This document shows, piece after piece, positions 28,101 through 43,100 of a stretch of 64,000 bases of DNA. The translations under genes were made by a program, and so were the position numbers. Within the stretch, counting starts at the first letter, position 1, and the number at the start of each line of letters is the position of its first letter. The DNA comes from the human T2T-CHM13v2.0 reference genome, Homo sapiens: NCBI RefSeq assembly GCF_009914755.1, contig NC_060943.1. The stretch is one strand, 5' to 3'. The notes under the pieces are model-generated. The model saw only the letters and a list, made by a program, of their open reading frames with translations, did not search any database and was not told the DNA's origin.

Positions 28101-28970
28101 GACAGAGTTGAACTTTCATTTAGAGAGAGCAGATTTGAAACACTGTTTTTGTGGAATTTGCAAGTGGAAATTTCAAGTGCTTTGGGGCCAAAGGCAGAAA
28201 AAGAAATATCTTCGTATAAAAACTTGACAGAATCATTCTCAGAAACTACTCTGTGATGTGTGCGTTCAACTCTCAGAGTTTAACTTTTCTTTTCATTCAG
28301 TAGTTTGGAAACACTCTGTTTGTAAATCTGCACGTGGATATTTTGACGACTTAGAGGCTTTCGTTGGAAACGGGTTTTTTTCATGTAAGGCTAGACAGAA
28401 GAATTCCCAGTAACTTCCTTGTGTTGTGTGCATTCAACTCACAGAGATGAACATTCCCTTAGACAGAGCAGATTTGAAACACTCTATTTGTGTAATTTGC
28501 AAGTGTAGATTTCAAGCGCTTTAAGGTCAATGGCAAAAAAGGAAATATCTGCGTTTCAAAACTAGACAGAATCATTCCCAAAAATTGCGTTGTGATGTGT
28601 TCGTTAAACTCACAGAGTTTAACCTTTCTGTTCATAGAGCAGTTAGGAAACACTCTGTTTGTAAAGTCTGTAAGTGGAAATTCTGACATCTTGTGGCCTT
28701 CGTTGGAAACGGGATTTCTTCATATTATGCTAGACAGAAGAATTCTCAGTAACTTCTTTGTGTTGTGTGTATTCAACTCACGGAGTTGAACGATCCTTTA
28801 CACAGAGCAGACTTGAAACACTCTTTTTGTGGAATTTGCAAGTGGAGATTTCTGCCGCTTTGAGGTCAATGGTAGAATAGGAAATATCTTCCTATAGAAA
28901 ATACACAGAATGATTCTCAGAAACTCATTTGTGATGTGTGCGTTCAACTCACAGAGTTTAACCTTTCTTT
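22170..28970 (+). repeat. Tandem duplication, unit 3397 bp (20 monomers), 2 copies
   Basis: Shared rare variants at +3397: GTAATATCTG ~22206/25603, TTCCAAG..GCTATGTGG..ATAGCAAA ~22721/26118, GATATCCAG and TTCATT box 23603/27000, GCAATCATG ~24392/27789, AAATACACAG ~25502/28899. Confidence 0.92.
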
Positions 28971-31139
28971 TCATAGAGCAGTTAGGAAACACTCTGTTTG
29001 TAAAGTCTGCAAGTGGATATTCAGACCTTTTTGAGGCCTTCGTTGGAAACGGGATTTCTTCATATGATGCTACACAGAAGAATTCTCAGTAACTTCCCTG
29101 TGTTGTGTGTATTCAACTCACAGAGTTGAACGATCCTTTACACAGAGCAGACTTGAAACACTCTTTTTGTGGAATTTACAAGTGGAGATTTCAGCCGATT
29201 TGAGGTCAATGGTAGAAAAGGAAATATCTTCCTATAGAAACTAGACAGAATAATTCTCAGAAACTGCTTTGTGATGTGTGCGTTCAACTCACAGAGTTTA
29301 AACTTTCTTTTCATAGAGCAGTTAGGAAACACTCTGTTTATAAAGTCTGCAAGTGGATATTCAGACCTCTTTGAGGCCTTCGTTGGAAACGGGATTTCTT
29401 CATATTCTGCTAGACAGAAAAATTCTCAGTAACTTCCTTGTGTTGTGTGTATTCAACTCACAGAGTTGAACGATCGTTTACACAGAGCAGACTTGAAACA
29501 CTCTTTTTGTGGAATTTGCAAGGGGAGATTTCAGCCGCTTTGAGGTCAATAGTAGAAAAGGAAATATCTTCATATAGAAATTATACAGAATGATTCTCAG
29601 AAACTCCTTTGTGATGTGTGCGTTCAACTCACAGAGTTTCACCTTTCTTTTCATAGAGCAGTTAGGAAACACTCTGTTTGTAAAGTCTGCAAGTGGATAT
29701 TCAGACCTCTATGAGGCCTTCGTTGGAAACGGGATTTCTTCATATTCTGCTAGACAGAAGAATTCTCAGTAACTTCCTTGTGTTGTGTGTATTCAACTCA
29801 CAGAGTTGAACGATCCTTTATACAGAGGAGTCTTGAAACACTCTTTTTGTGGAATTTGCAAGTGGAGATTTCTGCCGCTTTGAGGTCAATGGTAGAATAG
29901 GAAATATCTTCCTATAGAAACTAGACAGAATGATTCTCAGAAACTCCTTTGTGATGCGGGCGTTCAACTCACAGAGTTTAACCTTTCTTTTCATAGAGCA
30001 GTTAGGAAACACTCTGTTTGTAAAGTCTGCATGTGGATATTTGGACTTCTTTGAGGCCTTCGTTGGAAACGGGTTTTTTTCATGTAACGCTAGACAGAAG
30101 AATTCTCAGTAACTTCCTTGTGTTGTGTGTATTCAACTGACAGAGTTGAACTTTCATTTAGAGAGAGCAGATTTGAAACACTGTTTTTGTGGAATTTGCA
30201 AGTGGAGATTTCAAGCGCTTTGGGGCCAAAGGCAGAAAAGGAAATATGTTCGTATAAAAACTAGACAGAATCATTCTCAGAAACTGCTCTGTTATGTGTG
30301 CGTTCAACTCTCAGAGTTTAACTTTTCTTTTCATTCAGCAGTTTGGAAACACTCAGTTTGTAAAGTCTGCACGTGGATATTTTGACCACTTAGAGGTCTT
30401 CGTTGGAAACGGGTTTTTTTTCATGAAAGGCTAGACAGAAGAATTCCCAGTAACTTCCTTGTGTTGTGTGCATTCAACTCACAGAGATGAACGTTCCCTT
30501 AGACAGAGCAGATTTGAAACACTCTATTTGTGCAATTTGCAAGTGTAGATTTCAAGCACTTTAAGGTCAATGGCAGAAAAGGAAATATCTTCGTTTCAAA
30601 ACTAGACAGAATCATTCCCACAAACTGCGTTGGGATGTGCTCGTTCAACTCACAGAGTTTAAACTTTCTGTTCATAGAGCAGTTAGGAAACACTCTGTTT
30701 GTAAAGTCTGTAAGTGGATATTCTGACATCTTGTGGCCTTCGTTGGAAACGGGATTTCTTCATATTCTGCTAGACAGAAGAATTCTCAGTAACTTCTTTG
30801 TGTTGTGTGTATTCAACTCACAGAGTTGAACGATGCTTTACACAGAGCAGTCTTGAAACACTCTTTTTGTGGAATTTGCAAGTGGAGATTTCAGCCGCTT
30901 TGAGGTCAATGGTAGAATAGGAAATATCTTCCTATAGAAACTAGACAGAATGATTCTCAGAAACTCCTTTGTGATGTATGCGTTCAACTCACAGAGTTTA
31001 ACCTTTCTTTTCATAGAGCAGTTAGGAAACACTCTGTTTGTAAAGTCTGCAAGTGGATATTCAGACCTCCTTGAGGCCTTCGTTGGAAACGGGTTTTTTT
31101 CATGTAAGGCTAGACAGAAGAATTCTCTGTAACTTCCTT

Positions 31140-34100
31140 GTGTTGTGTGTATTCAACTGACAGAGTTGAACTTTCATTTAGAGAGAGCAGATTTGAAACA
31201 CTGTTTTTGTGGAATTTGCAAGTGGAGATTTCAAGCGCTTTGGGGCCAAAGGCAGAAAAGGAAATAACTTCGTATAAAAACTTGACAGAATCATTCTCAG
31301 AAACTGCTCTGTGATGTGTGCGTTCAACTCTCAGAGTTTAACTTTTCTTTTCATTCAGTAGTTTGGAAACACTCTGTTTGTAAATCTGCACGTGGATATT
31401 TTGACCACTTAGAGGCTTTCGTTGGAAACGGGTTTTTTTCATGTAAGGCTAGACAGAAGAATTCCCAGTAACTTCCTTGTGTTGTGTGCATTCAACTCAC
31501 AGAGATGAACATTCCCTTAGACAGAGCAGATTTGAAACACTCTATTTGTGTAATTTGCAAGTGTAGATTTCAAGCGCTTTAAGGTCAATGGCAAAAAAGG
31601 AAATATCTGCGTTTCAAAACTAGACAGACTCATTCCCAAAAACTGCGTTGTGATGTGTTCGTTAAACTCACAGAGTTTAACCTTTCTGTTCATAGAGCAG
31701 TTAGGAAACACTCTGTTTGTAAAGTCTGTAAGTGGAAATTCTGACATCTTGTGGCCTTCGTTGGAAACGGGATTTCTTCATATTATGCTAGACAGAAGAA
31801 TTCTCAGTAACTTCTTTGTGTTGTGTGTATTCAACTCACGGAGTTGAACGATCCTTTACACAGAGCAGACTTGAAACACTCTTTTTGTGGAATTTGGAAG
31901 TGGAGATTTCTGCCGTTTTGAGGTCAATTGTAGAATAGGAAATATCTTCCTATAGAAACTACACAGAATGATTCTCAGAAACTCATTTGTGATGTGTGCG
32001 TTCAACTCACGGAGTTTAACCTTTCTTTTCATAGAGCAGTTAGGAAACACTCTGTTTGTAAAGTCTGCAAGTGGATATTCAGACCTCTTTGAGGTCTTCG
32101 TTGGAAACGGGATTTCTTCATATTCTGCTAGACAGAAGAATTCTCAGTAACTTCCTTGTGTTGTGTGTATTCAACTCACAGAGTTGAACGATCCTTTACA
32201 CAGAGCAGACTTGAAACACTCTTTTTGTGGAATTTGCAAGGGGGGATTTCTGCCGCTTTGAGGTCAATGGTAGAATAGGAAATATCTTCCTATAGAAACT
32301 AGACAGAATGATTCTCAGAAACTCCTTTGTGATGTGTGCGTTCAACTCACAGACTTTAACCTTTCTTTTCATAGAGCAGTTAGGAAACACTCTGTTTGTA
32401 AAGTCTGCATGTGGATATTTCGACTTCTTTGAGGCCTTCGTTGAAAACGGGTTTTTTTCATGTAAGGCTAGACAGAAGAATTCTCAGTAACTTCCTTGTG
32501 TTTTGTGTATTCAACTGACAGAGTTGAACTTTCATTTAGAGAGAGCAGATTTGAAACACTGTTTTTGTGGAATTTGCAAGTGGAGATTTCAAGCGCTTTG
32601 GGGCCAAAGGCAGAAAAGGAAATATCTTCGTATAAAAACTAGACAGAATCATTCCCACAAACTGCGTTGTGATGTGTTCGTTCAACTCACAGAGTTTAAC
32701 CTTTCTGTTCATAGAGCAGTTAGGAAACACTCTGTTTGTAAAGTCTGTAAGTGGATATTCTGACATCTTGCGGCCTTCGTTGGAAACGGGATTTCTTCAT
32801 ATTATGCTAGACAGAAGAATTCTCAGTAACTTCTTTGTGTTGTGTGTATTCAACTCACAGAGTTAAACGATCCTTTACACAGAGCAGACTTGAAACACTC
32901 TTTTTGTGGAATTTTCAAGTGGAGATTTCAGCCGCTTTGAGGTCAATGGTAGAATAGGAAATATCTTCCTATAGAAACTAGACAGAATGATTCTCAGAAA
33001 CTCCTTTGTGATGTGTGCGTTCAACTCACAGAGTTCAACCTTTCTTTTCATAGAGCAGTTAGGAAACACTCTGTTTATAATGTCTGCAATTGGATATTCA
33101 GACCTCTTTGAGGCCTTCGTTGGAAACGGTATTTCTTCATATTCTGCTAGACAGAAAAATTCTCAGTAACTTCCTTGTGTTGTCTGTATTCAACTCACAG
33201 AGTTGAACGATCCTTTACACAGAGCATACTTGAAACACTCTTTTTGAGGAATCTGCAAGTGGAGATTTCAGCCGCTAAGGGGTCAATGGTAGAATAGGAA
33301 ATATCTTCCTATAGAAACTAGACAGAATGATTCTCAGAAACTCCTTTGTGATGTGTGCGTTCAACTCACAGAGTTTAACCTTTCTTTTCATAGAGCAGTT
33401 AGGAAACACTCTGTTTGTAAAGTCTGCAAGTGGATATTCAGACCTCTTTGAGGCCTTCGTTGGAAACGGGATTTCTTCATATTCTGCTAGACAGAAGAAT
33501 TCTCAGTAACTTCCTTTTGTTGTGTGTATTCAACTCACAGAGTTGAACGATCCTTTACACAGAGCAGACTTGAAACACTCTTTTTGTGAAATTTGCAAGT
33601 GGAGATTTCTGCCGCTTTGAGGTCAATGGTACAATAGGAAATATCTTCCTATAGAAACTAGACAGAATGATTCTCAGAAACTCATTTGTGATGTGTGCGT
33701 TCAACTCACAGAGTTTAACCTTTCTTTTCATAGAGCAGTTAGGAAACACTCTGTTTATAAAGTCTGCAAGTGGATATTCAGACCTCTTTGAGGCCTTCGT
33801 TGGAAACGGGATTTCTTCATATTCTGCTAGACAGAAGAATTCTCAGTAACTTCCTTGTGTTGTGTGTATTCAACTCACAGAGTTGAACGATCCTTTACAC
33901 AGAGCAGACTTGAAACACTCTTTTTGTGGAATTTGCAAGGGGAGATTTCAGCCGCTTTGAGGTCAATAGTAGAAAAGGAAATATCTTCATATAGAAACTA
34001 GACAGAATGATTTTCAGAAACTCCTTTGTGATGTGTGCGTTCAACTCACAGAGTTTAACCTTTCTTTTCATAGAGCAGTTAGGAAACACTCTGTTTGTAA

Positions 34101-37100
34101 AGTCTGCAAGTGGATATTCAGACCTCTTTGAGGCCTTCGTTGGAAACGGGATTTCTTCATATTCTGCTAGACAGAAGAATTCTCAGTAACTTCCTTGTGT
34201 TGTGTGTATTCAACTCACAGAGTTGAACGATCCTTTACACAGAGCAGTCTTGAAACACTCTTTTTGTGGAATTTGCAAGTGGAGATTTCTGCCGCTTTGA
34301 GGTCAATGGTAGAATAGGAAATATCTTCCTATAGAAACTAGACAGAATGATTCTCAGAAACTCCTTTGTGATGTGGGCGTTCAACTCACAGAGTTTAACC
34401 TTTCTTTTCATAGAGCAGTTGGGAAACACTCTGTTTGTAAAGTCTGCATGTGGATATTTGGACTTCTTTGAGGCCTTCGTTGGAAACGGGTTTTTTTCAT
34501 GTAAGGCTAGACAGAAGAATTCTCAGTAACTTCCTTCTGTTGTGTGTATTCAACTGACAGAGTTGAACTTTCATTTAGAGAGGGCAGATTTGAAACACTG
34601 TTTTTGTGGAATTTGCAAGTGGAGATTTCAAGCGCTTTGGGGCCAAAGGCAGAAAAGGAAATATCTTCGTATAAAAACTAGACAGAATCATTCTCAGAAA
34701 CTGCTCTGTGATGTGTGCGTTCAACTCTCAGAGTTTAACTTTTCTTTTCATTCTACAGTTTGGAAACACTCTGTTTGTAAAGTCTGCACGTGGATAATTT
34801 GACCACTTAGAGGCCTTCGTTGGAAACGGGTTTTTTTCATGTAAGGCTAGACAGAAGAATTCCCAGTAACTTCCTTGAGTTGTGTGCATTCAACTCACAG
34901 AGATGAACATTCCCTTAGACAGAGCAGATTTGAATCACTCTATTTGTGTAATTTACAAGTGTAGATTTCAAGCGCTTTAAGGTCAATGGCAGAAAAGGAA
35001 ACATCTTCGTTTCAAAACTAGACAGAATCATTCCCACAAACTGCGTTGTGATGTGTTCGTTCAACTCACAGAGTTTAACCATTCTGTTCATAGAGCAGTT
35101 AGGAAACACTCTGTTTGTAAAGTCTGTAAGTGGATATTCTGACATCTTGTGGCCTTCGTTGGAAAAGGGATTTATTCATATTCTGCTAGACAGAAGAATT
35201 CTCAGTAACATCTTTGTGTTGTGTGTATTCAACTCACAGAGTTGAACGATCCTTTACACAGAGCAGACTTGAAACACTCTTTTTGTGGAATTTGCAAGTG
35301 GAGATTTCAGCCGCTTTGAGGTCAATGGTAGAATAGGAAATATCTTCCTATAGAAACTAGACAGAATGATTCTCAGAAACTCCTTTGTGATGTGTGCCTT
35401 CAACTCACAGAGTTTAACCTTTCTTTTCATAGAGCAGTTAGGAAACACTCTGTTTGTAAAGTCTGCAAGTGGATATTCAGACCTCTTTGAGGCCTTCGTT
35501 GGAAACGGGATTTCTTCATATTCTGCTAGACAGAAGAATTCTCAGTAACTTCCTTGTGTTGTGTGTATTCAACTCACACCGTTGAACGATCCTTTATACA
35601 GAGCAGACTTGAAACACTGTTTTTGTGGAATTTACAAGTGGAGATTTCAGCCGATTTGAGGTCAATGGTAGAAAAGGAAATATCTTCCTATAGAAACTAG
35701 ACAGAATGATTCTCAGAAACTGGTTTGTGATGTGTGCGTTCAACTCACAGAGTTTAACCTTTCTTTTCATAGAGCAGTTAGGAAACACTCTGTAAAGTCT
35801 GCATGTGGATATTTGGACTTCTCTGAGGTCTTCGTTGGAAACGGGTTTTTTTCATGTAAGGCTAGACAGAAGAATTCTCAGTAACTTCCTGGTGTTGTGT
35901 GTATTCAACTGACAGAGTTGAACTTTCATTTAGAGAGGGCAGATTTGAAACACTGTTTTTGTGGAATTTGCAAGTGGAGATTTCAAGCGCTTTGGGGCCA
36001 AAGGCAGAAAAGGAAATATCTTCGTATAAAAACTAGACAGAATCATTCTCAGAAACTGCTCTGTGATGTGTGCGTTCAACTCTCAGAGTTTAACTTTTCT
36101 TTTCATTCAGCAGTTTGGAAACACTCTGTAAAGTCTGCACGTAGATATTTTGACCACTTAGAGGCCTTCGTTGGAAACGGGTTTTTTTCATGTAAGGCTA
36201 GACAGAAGAATTCCCAGTAACTTCCTTGTGTTGTGTGCATTCAACTCACAGAGACGAACGTTCCCTTAGACAGAGCAGATTTGAAACACTCTATTGGTGT
36301 AATTTGCAAGTGTAGATTTCAAGCGCTTTAAGGTCAATGGCAGAAAAGGAAATATCTCCGTTTCAAAACTAGACAGAATCATTCCCACAAACTGCGTTGT
36401 GATGTGTTCGTTCAACTCACAGAGTTTAACCTTTCTGTTCATAGAGCAGTTAGGAAACACTCTGTTTGTAAAGTCTGTAAGTGGATATTCTGACATCTTG
36501 TGGCCTTCGTTGGAAACGGGATTTCTTCATATTCTGCTAGACAGAAGAATTCTCAGTAACTTCCTTGTGTTGTGTGTATTCAACTCACAGAGTGGAACGA
36601 TCCTTTACACAGAGCAGACTTGAAACACTCTTTTTGTGGAATTTGCAAGTGGAGATTTCTGCCGCTTTGAGGTCAATTGTAGAATAGGAAATATCTTCCT
36701 ATAGAAACTAGACAGAATGATTCTCAGAAACTCATTTGTGATGTGTGCGTTCAACTCACAGAGTTTAACCTTTCTTTTCATAGAGCAGTTAGGAAACACT
36801 CTGTTTGTAAAGTCTGCAAGTGGATATTCAGACCTCTTTGTGGCCTTCGTTGGAAACGGGATTTCTTCATATGATGCTAGACAGAAGAATTCTCAGTAAC
36901 TTCCTTGTGTTGTGTGTATTCAACTCACAGAGTTGAACGATCCTTTACACAGAGCAGACTTGAAACACTCTTTTTGTGGAATTTGCATGTGGAGATTTCA
37001 GCCGCTTTGAGTTCAATGGTAGAATAGAAAATATCTTCCTATAGAAACTAGACAGAATGATTCTCAGAAACTCCTTTGTGATGTGTGCGTTCAACTCACA

Positions 37101-40100
37101 GAGTTTAACCTTTCTTTTCACAGAGCAGTTAGGAAACACTCTGTTTGTAAAGTCTGCATGTGGATATTTGGACTTCTTTGAGGCCTTCGTTGGAAACGGG
37201 TTTTTTTCATGTAACGCTAGACAGAAGAATTCTCAGTAACTTCCTTGTGTTGTGTGTATTCAACTGACAGAGTTGAACTTTCATTTAGAGAGAGCAGATT
37301 TGAAACACTGTTTTTGTGGAATTTGCAAGTGGAGATTTCAAGCGCTTTGGGGCCAAAGGCAGAAAAGGAAATATCTTCGTATAAAAACTAGACAGAATCA
37401 TTCTCAGAAACTGCTCTGTGATGTGTGCGTTCAACTCTCAGAGTTTAACTTTTCTTTTCATTCAGCAGTTTGGAAACACTCAGTTTGTAAAGTCTGCACG
37501 TGGATATTTTGACCACTTAGAGGTCTTCGTTGGAAACGGGTTTTTTTCATGTAAGGCTAGACAGAAGAATTCCCAGTAACTTACTTGTGTTGTGTGCATT
37601 CAACTCACAGAGATGAACGTTCCCTTAGACAGAGCAGATGTGAAACACTCTATTTGTGCAATTTGCAAGTGTAGATTTCAAGCACTTTAAGGTCAATGGC
37701 ATAAAAGGAAATATCTTCGTTTCAAAACTAGACAGAATCATTCCCACAAACTGCGTTGGGATGTGCTCGTTCAACTCACAGAGTTTAAACTTTCTGTTCA
37801 TAGAGCAGTTAGGAAACACTCTGTTTGTAAAGTCTGTAAGTGGATATTCTGACATCTTGTGGCCTTTGTTGGAAACGGGATTTCTTCATATTCTGCTAGA
37901 CAGAAGAATTCTCAGTAACTTCTTTGTGTTGTGTGTATTCAACTCACAGAGTTGAACGATCCTTTACACAGAGCAGACTTGAAACACTCTTTTTGTGGAA
38001 TTTGCAAGTGGAGATTTCAGCCGCTTTGAGGTCAATGGTAGAATAGGAAATATCTTCCTATAGAAACTAGACAGAATGATTCTCAGAAACTCCTTTGTGA
38101 TGCGTGCGTTCAACTCACAGAGTTTAACCTTTCTTTTCATAGAGCAGTTAGGAAACACTCTGTTTGTAAAGTCTGCAATTGGATATTCAGACCTCTATTA
38201 GGCCTTCGTTGGAAACGGGATTTCTTCATATTCTGCTAGACAGAAGAATTCTCAGTAACTTCCTTCTGTTGTGTGTATTCAACTGACAGAGTTGAACTTT
38301 CATTTAGAGAGAGCAGATTTGAAACACTGTTTTTGTGGAATTTGCAAGTGGAGATTTCAAGCGCTTTGGGGCCAAAGGCAGAAAAGGAAATAACTTCGTA
38401 TAAAAACTTGACAGAATCATTCTCAGAAACTGCTCTGTGATGTGTGCGTTCAACTCTCAGAGTTTAACTTTTCTTTTCATTCAGTAGTTTGGAAACACTC
38501 TGTTTGTAAATCTGCACGTGGATATTTTGACCACTTAGAGGCTTTCGTTGGAAACGGGTTTTTTTCATGTAAGGCTAGACAGAAGAATTCCCAGTAACTT
38601 CCTTGTGTTGTGTGCATTCAACTCACAGAGATGAACATTCCCTTAGACAGAGCAGATTTGAAACACTCTATTTGTGTAATTTGCAAGTGTAGATTTCAAG
38701 CGCTTTAAGGTCAATGGCAAAAAAGGAAATATCTGCGTTTCAAAACTAGACAGACTCATTCCCAAAAACTGCGTTGTGATGTGTTCGTTAAACTCACAGA
38801 GTTTAACCTTTCTGTTCATAGAGCAGTTAGGAAACACTCTGTTTGTAAAGTCTGTAAGTGGAAATTCTGACATCTTGTGGCCTTCGTTGGAAACGGGATT
38901 TCTTCATATTATGCTAGACAGAAGAATTCTCAGTAACTTCTTTGTGTTGTGTGTATTCAACTCACGGAGTTGAACGATCCTTTACACAGAGCAGACTTGA
39001 AACACTCTTTTTGTGGAATTTGGAAGTGGAGATTTCTGCCGTTTTGAGGTCAATTGTAGAATAGGAAATATCTTCCTATAGAAACTACACAGAATGATTC
39101 TCAGAAACTCATTTGTGATGTGTGCGTTCAACTCACGGAGTTTAACCTTTCTTTTCATAGAGCAGTTAGGAAACACTCTGTTTGTAAAGTCTGCAAGTGG
39201 ATATTCAGACCTCTTTGAGGTCTTCGTTGGAAACGGGATTTCTTCATATTCTGCTAGACAGAAGAATTCTCAGTAACTTCCTTGTGTTGTGTGTATTCAA
39301 CTCACAGAGTTGAACGATCCTTTACAAAGAGCAGACTTGAAACACTCTTTTTGTGGAATTTGCAAGGGGGGATTTCTGCCGCTTTGAGGTCAATGGTAGA
39401 ATAGGAAATATCTTCCTATAGAAACTAGACAGAATGATTCTCAGAAACTCCTTTGTGATGTGTGCGTTCAACTCACAGACTTTAACCTTTCTTTTCATAG
39501 AGCAGTTAGGAAACACTCTGTTTGTAAAGTCTGCATGTGGATATTTCGACTTCTTTGAGGCCTTCGTTGAAAACTGGTTTTTTTCATGTAAGGCTAGACA
39601 GAAGAATTCTCAGTAACTTCCTTGTGTTGTGTGTATTCAACTGACAGAGTTGAACTTTCATTTAGAGAGAGCAGATTTGAAACACTGTTTTTGTGGAATT
39701 TGCAAGTGGAGATTTCAAGCGCTTTGGGGCCAAAGGCAGAAAAGGAAATATCTTCGTATAAAAACTAGACAGAATCATTCCCACAAACTGCGTTGTGATG
39801 TGTTCGTTCAACTCACAGAGTTTAACCTTTCTGTTCATAGAGCAGTTAGGAAACACTCTGTTTGTAAAGTCTGTAAGTGGATATTCTGACATCTTGCGGC
39901 CTTCGTTGGAAACGGGATTTCTTCATATTATGCTAGACAGAAGAATTCTCAGTAACTTCTTTGTGTTGTGTGTATTCAACTCACAGAGTTAAACGATCCT
40001 TTACACAGAGCAGACTTGAAACACTCTTTTTGTGGAATTTTCAAGTGGAGATTTCAGCCGCTTTGAGGTCAATGGTAGAATAGGAAATATCTTCCTATAG

Positions 40101-43100
40101 AAACTAGACAGAATGATTCTCAGAAACTCCTTTGTGATGTGTGCGTTCAACTCACAGAGTTCAACCTTTCTTTTCATAGAGCAGTTAGGAAACACTCTGT
40201 TTATAATGTCTGCAATTGGATATTCAGACCTCTTTGAGGCCTTCGTTGGAAACGGGATTTCTTCATATTCTGCTAGACAGAAAAATTCTCAGTAACTTCC
40301 TTGTGTTGTCTGTATTCAACTCACAGAGTTGAACGATCCTTTACACAGAGCATACTTGAAACACTCTTTTTGAGGAATCTGCAAGTGGAGATTTCAGCCG
40401 CTAAGGGGTCAATGGTAGAATAGGAAATATCTTCCTATAGAAACTAGACAGAATGATTCTCAGAAACTCCTTTGTGATGTGTGCGTTCAACTCACAGAGT
40501 TTAACCTTTCTTTTCATAGAGCAGTTAGGAAACACTCTGTTTGTAAAGTCTGCAAGTGGATATTCAGACCTCTTTGAGGCCTTCGTTGGAAACGGGATTT
40601 CTTCATATTATGCTAGACAGAAGAATTCTCAGTAACTTCCTTTTGTTGTGTGTATTCAACTCACAGAGTTGAACGATCCTTTACACAGAGCAGACTTGAA
40701 ACACTCTTTTTGTGAAATTTGCAAGTGGAGATTTCTGCCGCTTTGAGGTCAATGGTACAATAGGAAATATCTTCCTATAGAAACTAGACAGAATGATTCT
40801 CAGAAACTCATTTGTGATGTGTGCGTTCAACTCACAGAGTTTAACCTTTCTTTTCATAGAGCAGTTAGGAAACACTCTGTTTATAAAGTCTGCAAGTGGA
40901 TATTCAGACCTCTTTGAGGCCTTCGTTGGAAACGGGATTTCTTCATATTCTGCTAGACAGAAGAATTCTCAGTAACTTCCTTGTGTTGTGTGTATTCAAC
41001 TCACAGAGTTGAACGATCCTTTACACAGAGCAGACTTGAAACACTCTTTTTGTGGAATTTGCAAGGGGAGATTTCAGCCGCTTTGAGGTCAATAGTAGAA
41101 AAGGAAATATCTTCATATAGAAACTAGACAGAATGATTTTCAGAAACTCCTTTGTGATGTGTGCGTTCAACTCACAGAGTTTAACCTTTCTTTTCATAGA
41201 GCAGTTAGGAAACACTCTGTTTGTAAAGTCTGCAAGTGGATATTCAGACCTCTTTGAGGCCTTCGTTGGAAACGGGATTTCTTCATATTCTGCTAGACAG
41301 AAGAATTCTCAGTAACTTCCTTGTGTTGTGTGTATTCAACTCACAGAGTTGAACGATCCTTTACACAGAGCAGTCTTGAAACACTCTTTTTGTGGAATTT
41401 GCAAGTGGAGATTTCTGCCGCTTTGAGGTCAATGGTAGAATAGGAAATATCTTCCTATAGAAACTAGACAGAATGATTCTCAGAAACTCCTTTGTGATGT
41501 GGGCGTTCAACTCACAGAGTTTAACCTTTCTTTTCATAGAGCAGTTGGGAAACACTCTGTTTGTAAAGTCTGCATGTGGATATTTGGACTTCTTTGAGGC
41601 CTTCGTTGGAAACGGGTTTTTTTCATGTAAGGCTAGACAGAAGAATTCTCAGTAACTTCCTTCTGTTGTGTGTATTCAACTGACAGAGTTGAACTTTCAT
41701 TTAGAGAGGGCAGATTTGAAACACTGTTTTTGTGGAATTTGCAAGTGGAGATTTCAAGCGCTTTGGGGCCAAAGGCAGAAAAGGAAATATCTTCGTATAA
41801 AAACTAGACAGAATCATTCTCAGAAACTGCTCTGTGATGTGTGCGTTCAACTCTCAGAGTTTAACTTTTCTTTTCATTCTACAGTTTGGAAACACTCTGT
41901 TTGTAAAGTCTGCACGTGGATATTTTGACCACTTAGAGGCCTTCGTTGGAAACGGGTTTTTTTCATGTAAGGCTAGACAGAAGAATTCCCAGTAACTTCC
42001 TTGAGTTGTGTGCATTCAACTCACAGAGATGAACATTCCCTTAGACAGAGCAGATTTGAATCACTCTATTTGTGTAATTTACAAGTGTAGATTTCAAGCG
42101 CTTTAAGGTCAATGGCAGAAAAGGAAACATCTTCGTTTCAAAACTAGACAGAATCATTCCCACAAACTGCGTTGTGATGTGTTCGTTCAACTCACAGAGT
42201 TTCACCATTCTGTTCATAGAGCAGTTAGGAAACACTCTGTTTGTAAAGTCTGTAAGTGGATATTCTGACATCTTGTGGCCTTCGTTGGAAAAGGGATTTA
42301 TTCATATTCTGCTAGACAGAAGAATTCTCAGTAACATCTTTGTGTTGTGTGTATTCAACTCACAGAGTTGAACGATCCTTTACACAGAGCAGACTTGAAA
42401 CACTCTTTTTGTGGAATTTGCAAGTGGAGATTTCAGCAGCTTTGAGGTCAATGGTAGAATAGGAAATATCTTCCTATAGAAACTAGACAGAATGATTCTC
42501 AGAAACTCCTTTGTGATGTGTGCCTTCAACTCACAGAGTTTAACCTTTCTTTTCATAGAGCAGTTAGGAAACACTCTGTTTGTAAAGTCTGCAAGTGGAT
42601 ATTCAGACCTCTTTGAGGCCTTCGTTGGAAACGGGATTTCTTCATATTCTGCTAGACAGAAGAATTCTCAGTAACTTCCTTGTGTTGTGTTTATTCAACT
42701 CACACCGTTGAACGATCCTTTATACAGAGCAGACTTGAAACACTGTTTTTGTGGAATTTACAAGTGGAGATTTCAGCCGATTTGAGGTCAATGGTAGAAA
42801 AGGAAATATCTTCCTATAGAAACTAGACAGAATGATTCTCAGAAACTGGTTTGTGATGTGTGCGTTCAACTCACAGAGTTTAACCTTTCTTTTCATAGAG
42901 CAGTTAGGAAACACTCTGTTTGTAAAGTCTGCATGTGGATATTTGGACTTCTCTGAGGTCTTCGTTGGAAACGGGTTTTTTTCATGTAAGGCTAGACAGA
43001 AGAATTCTCAGTAACTTCCTGGTGTTGTGTGTATTCAACTGACAGAGTTGAACTTTCATTTAGAGAGGGCAGATTTGAAACACTGTTTTTGTGGAATTTG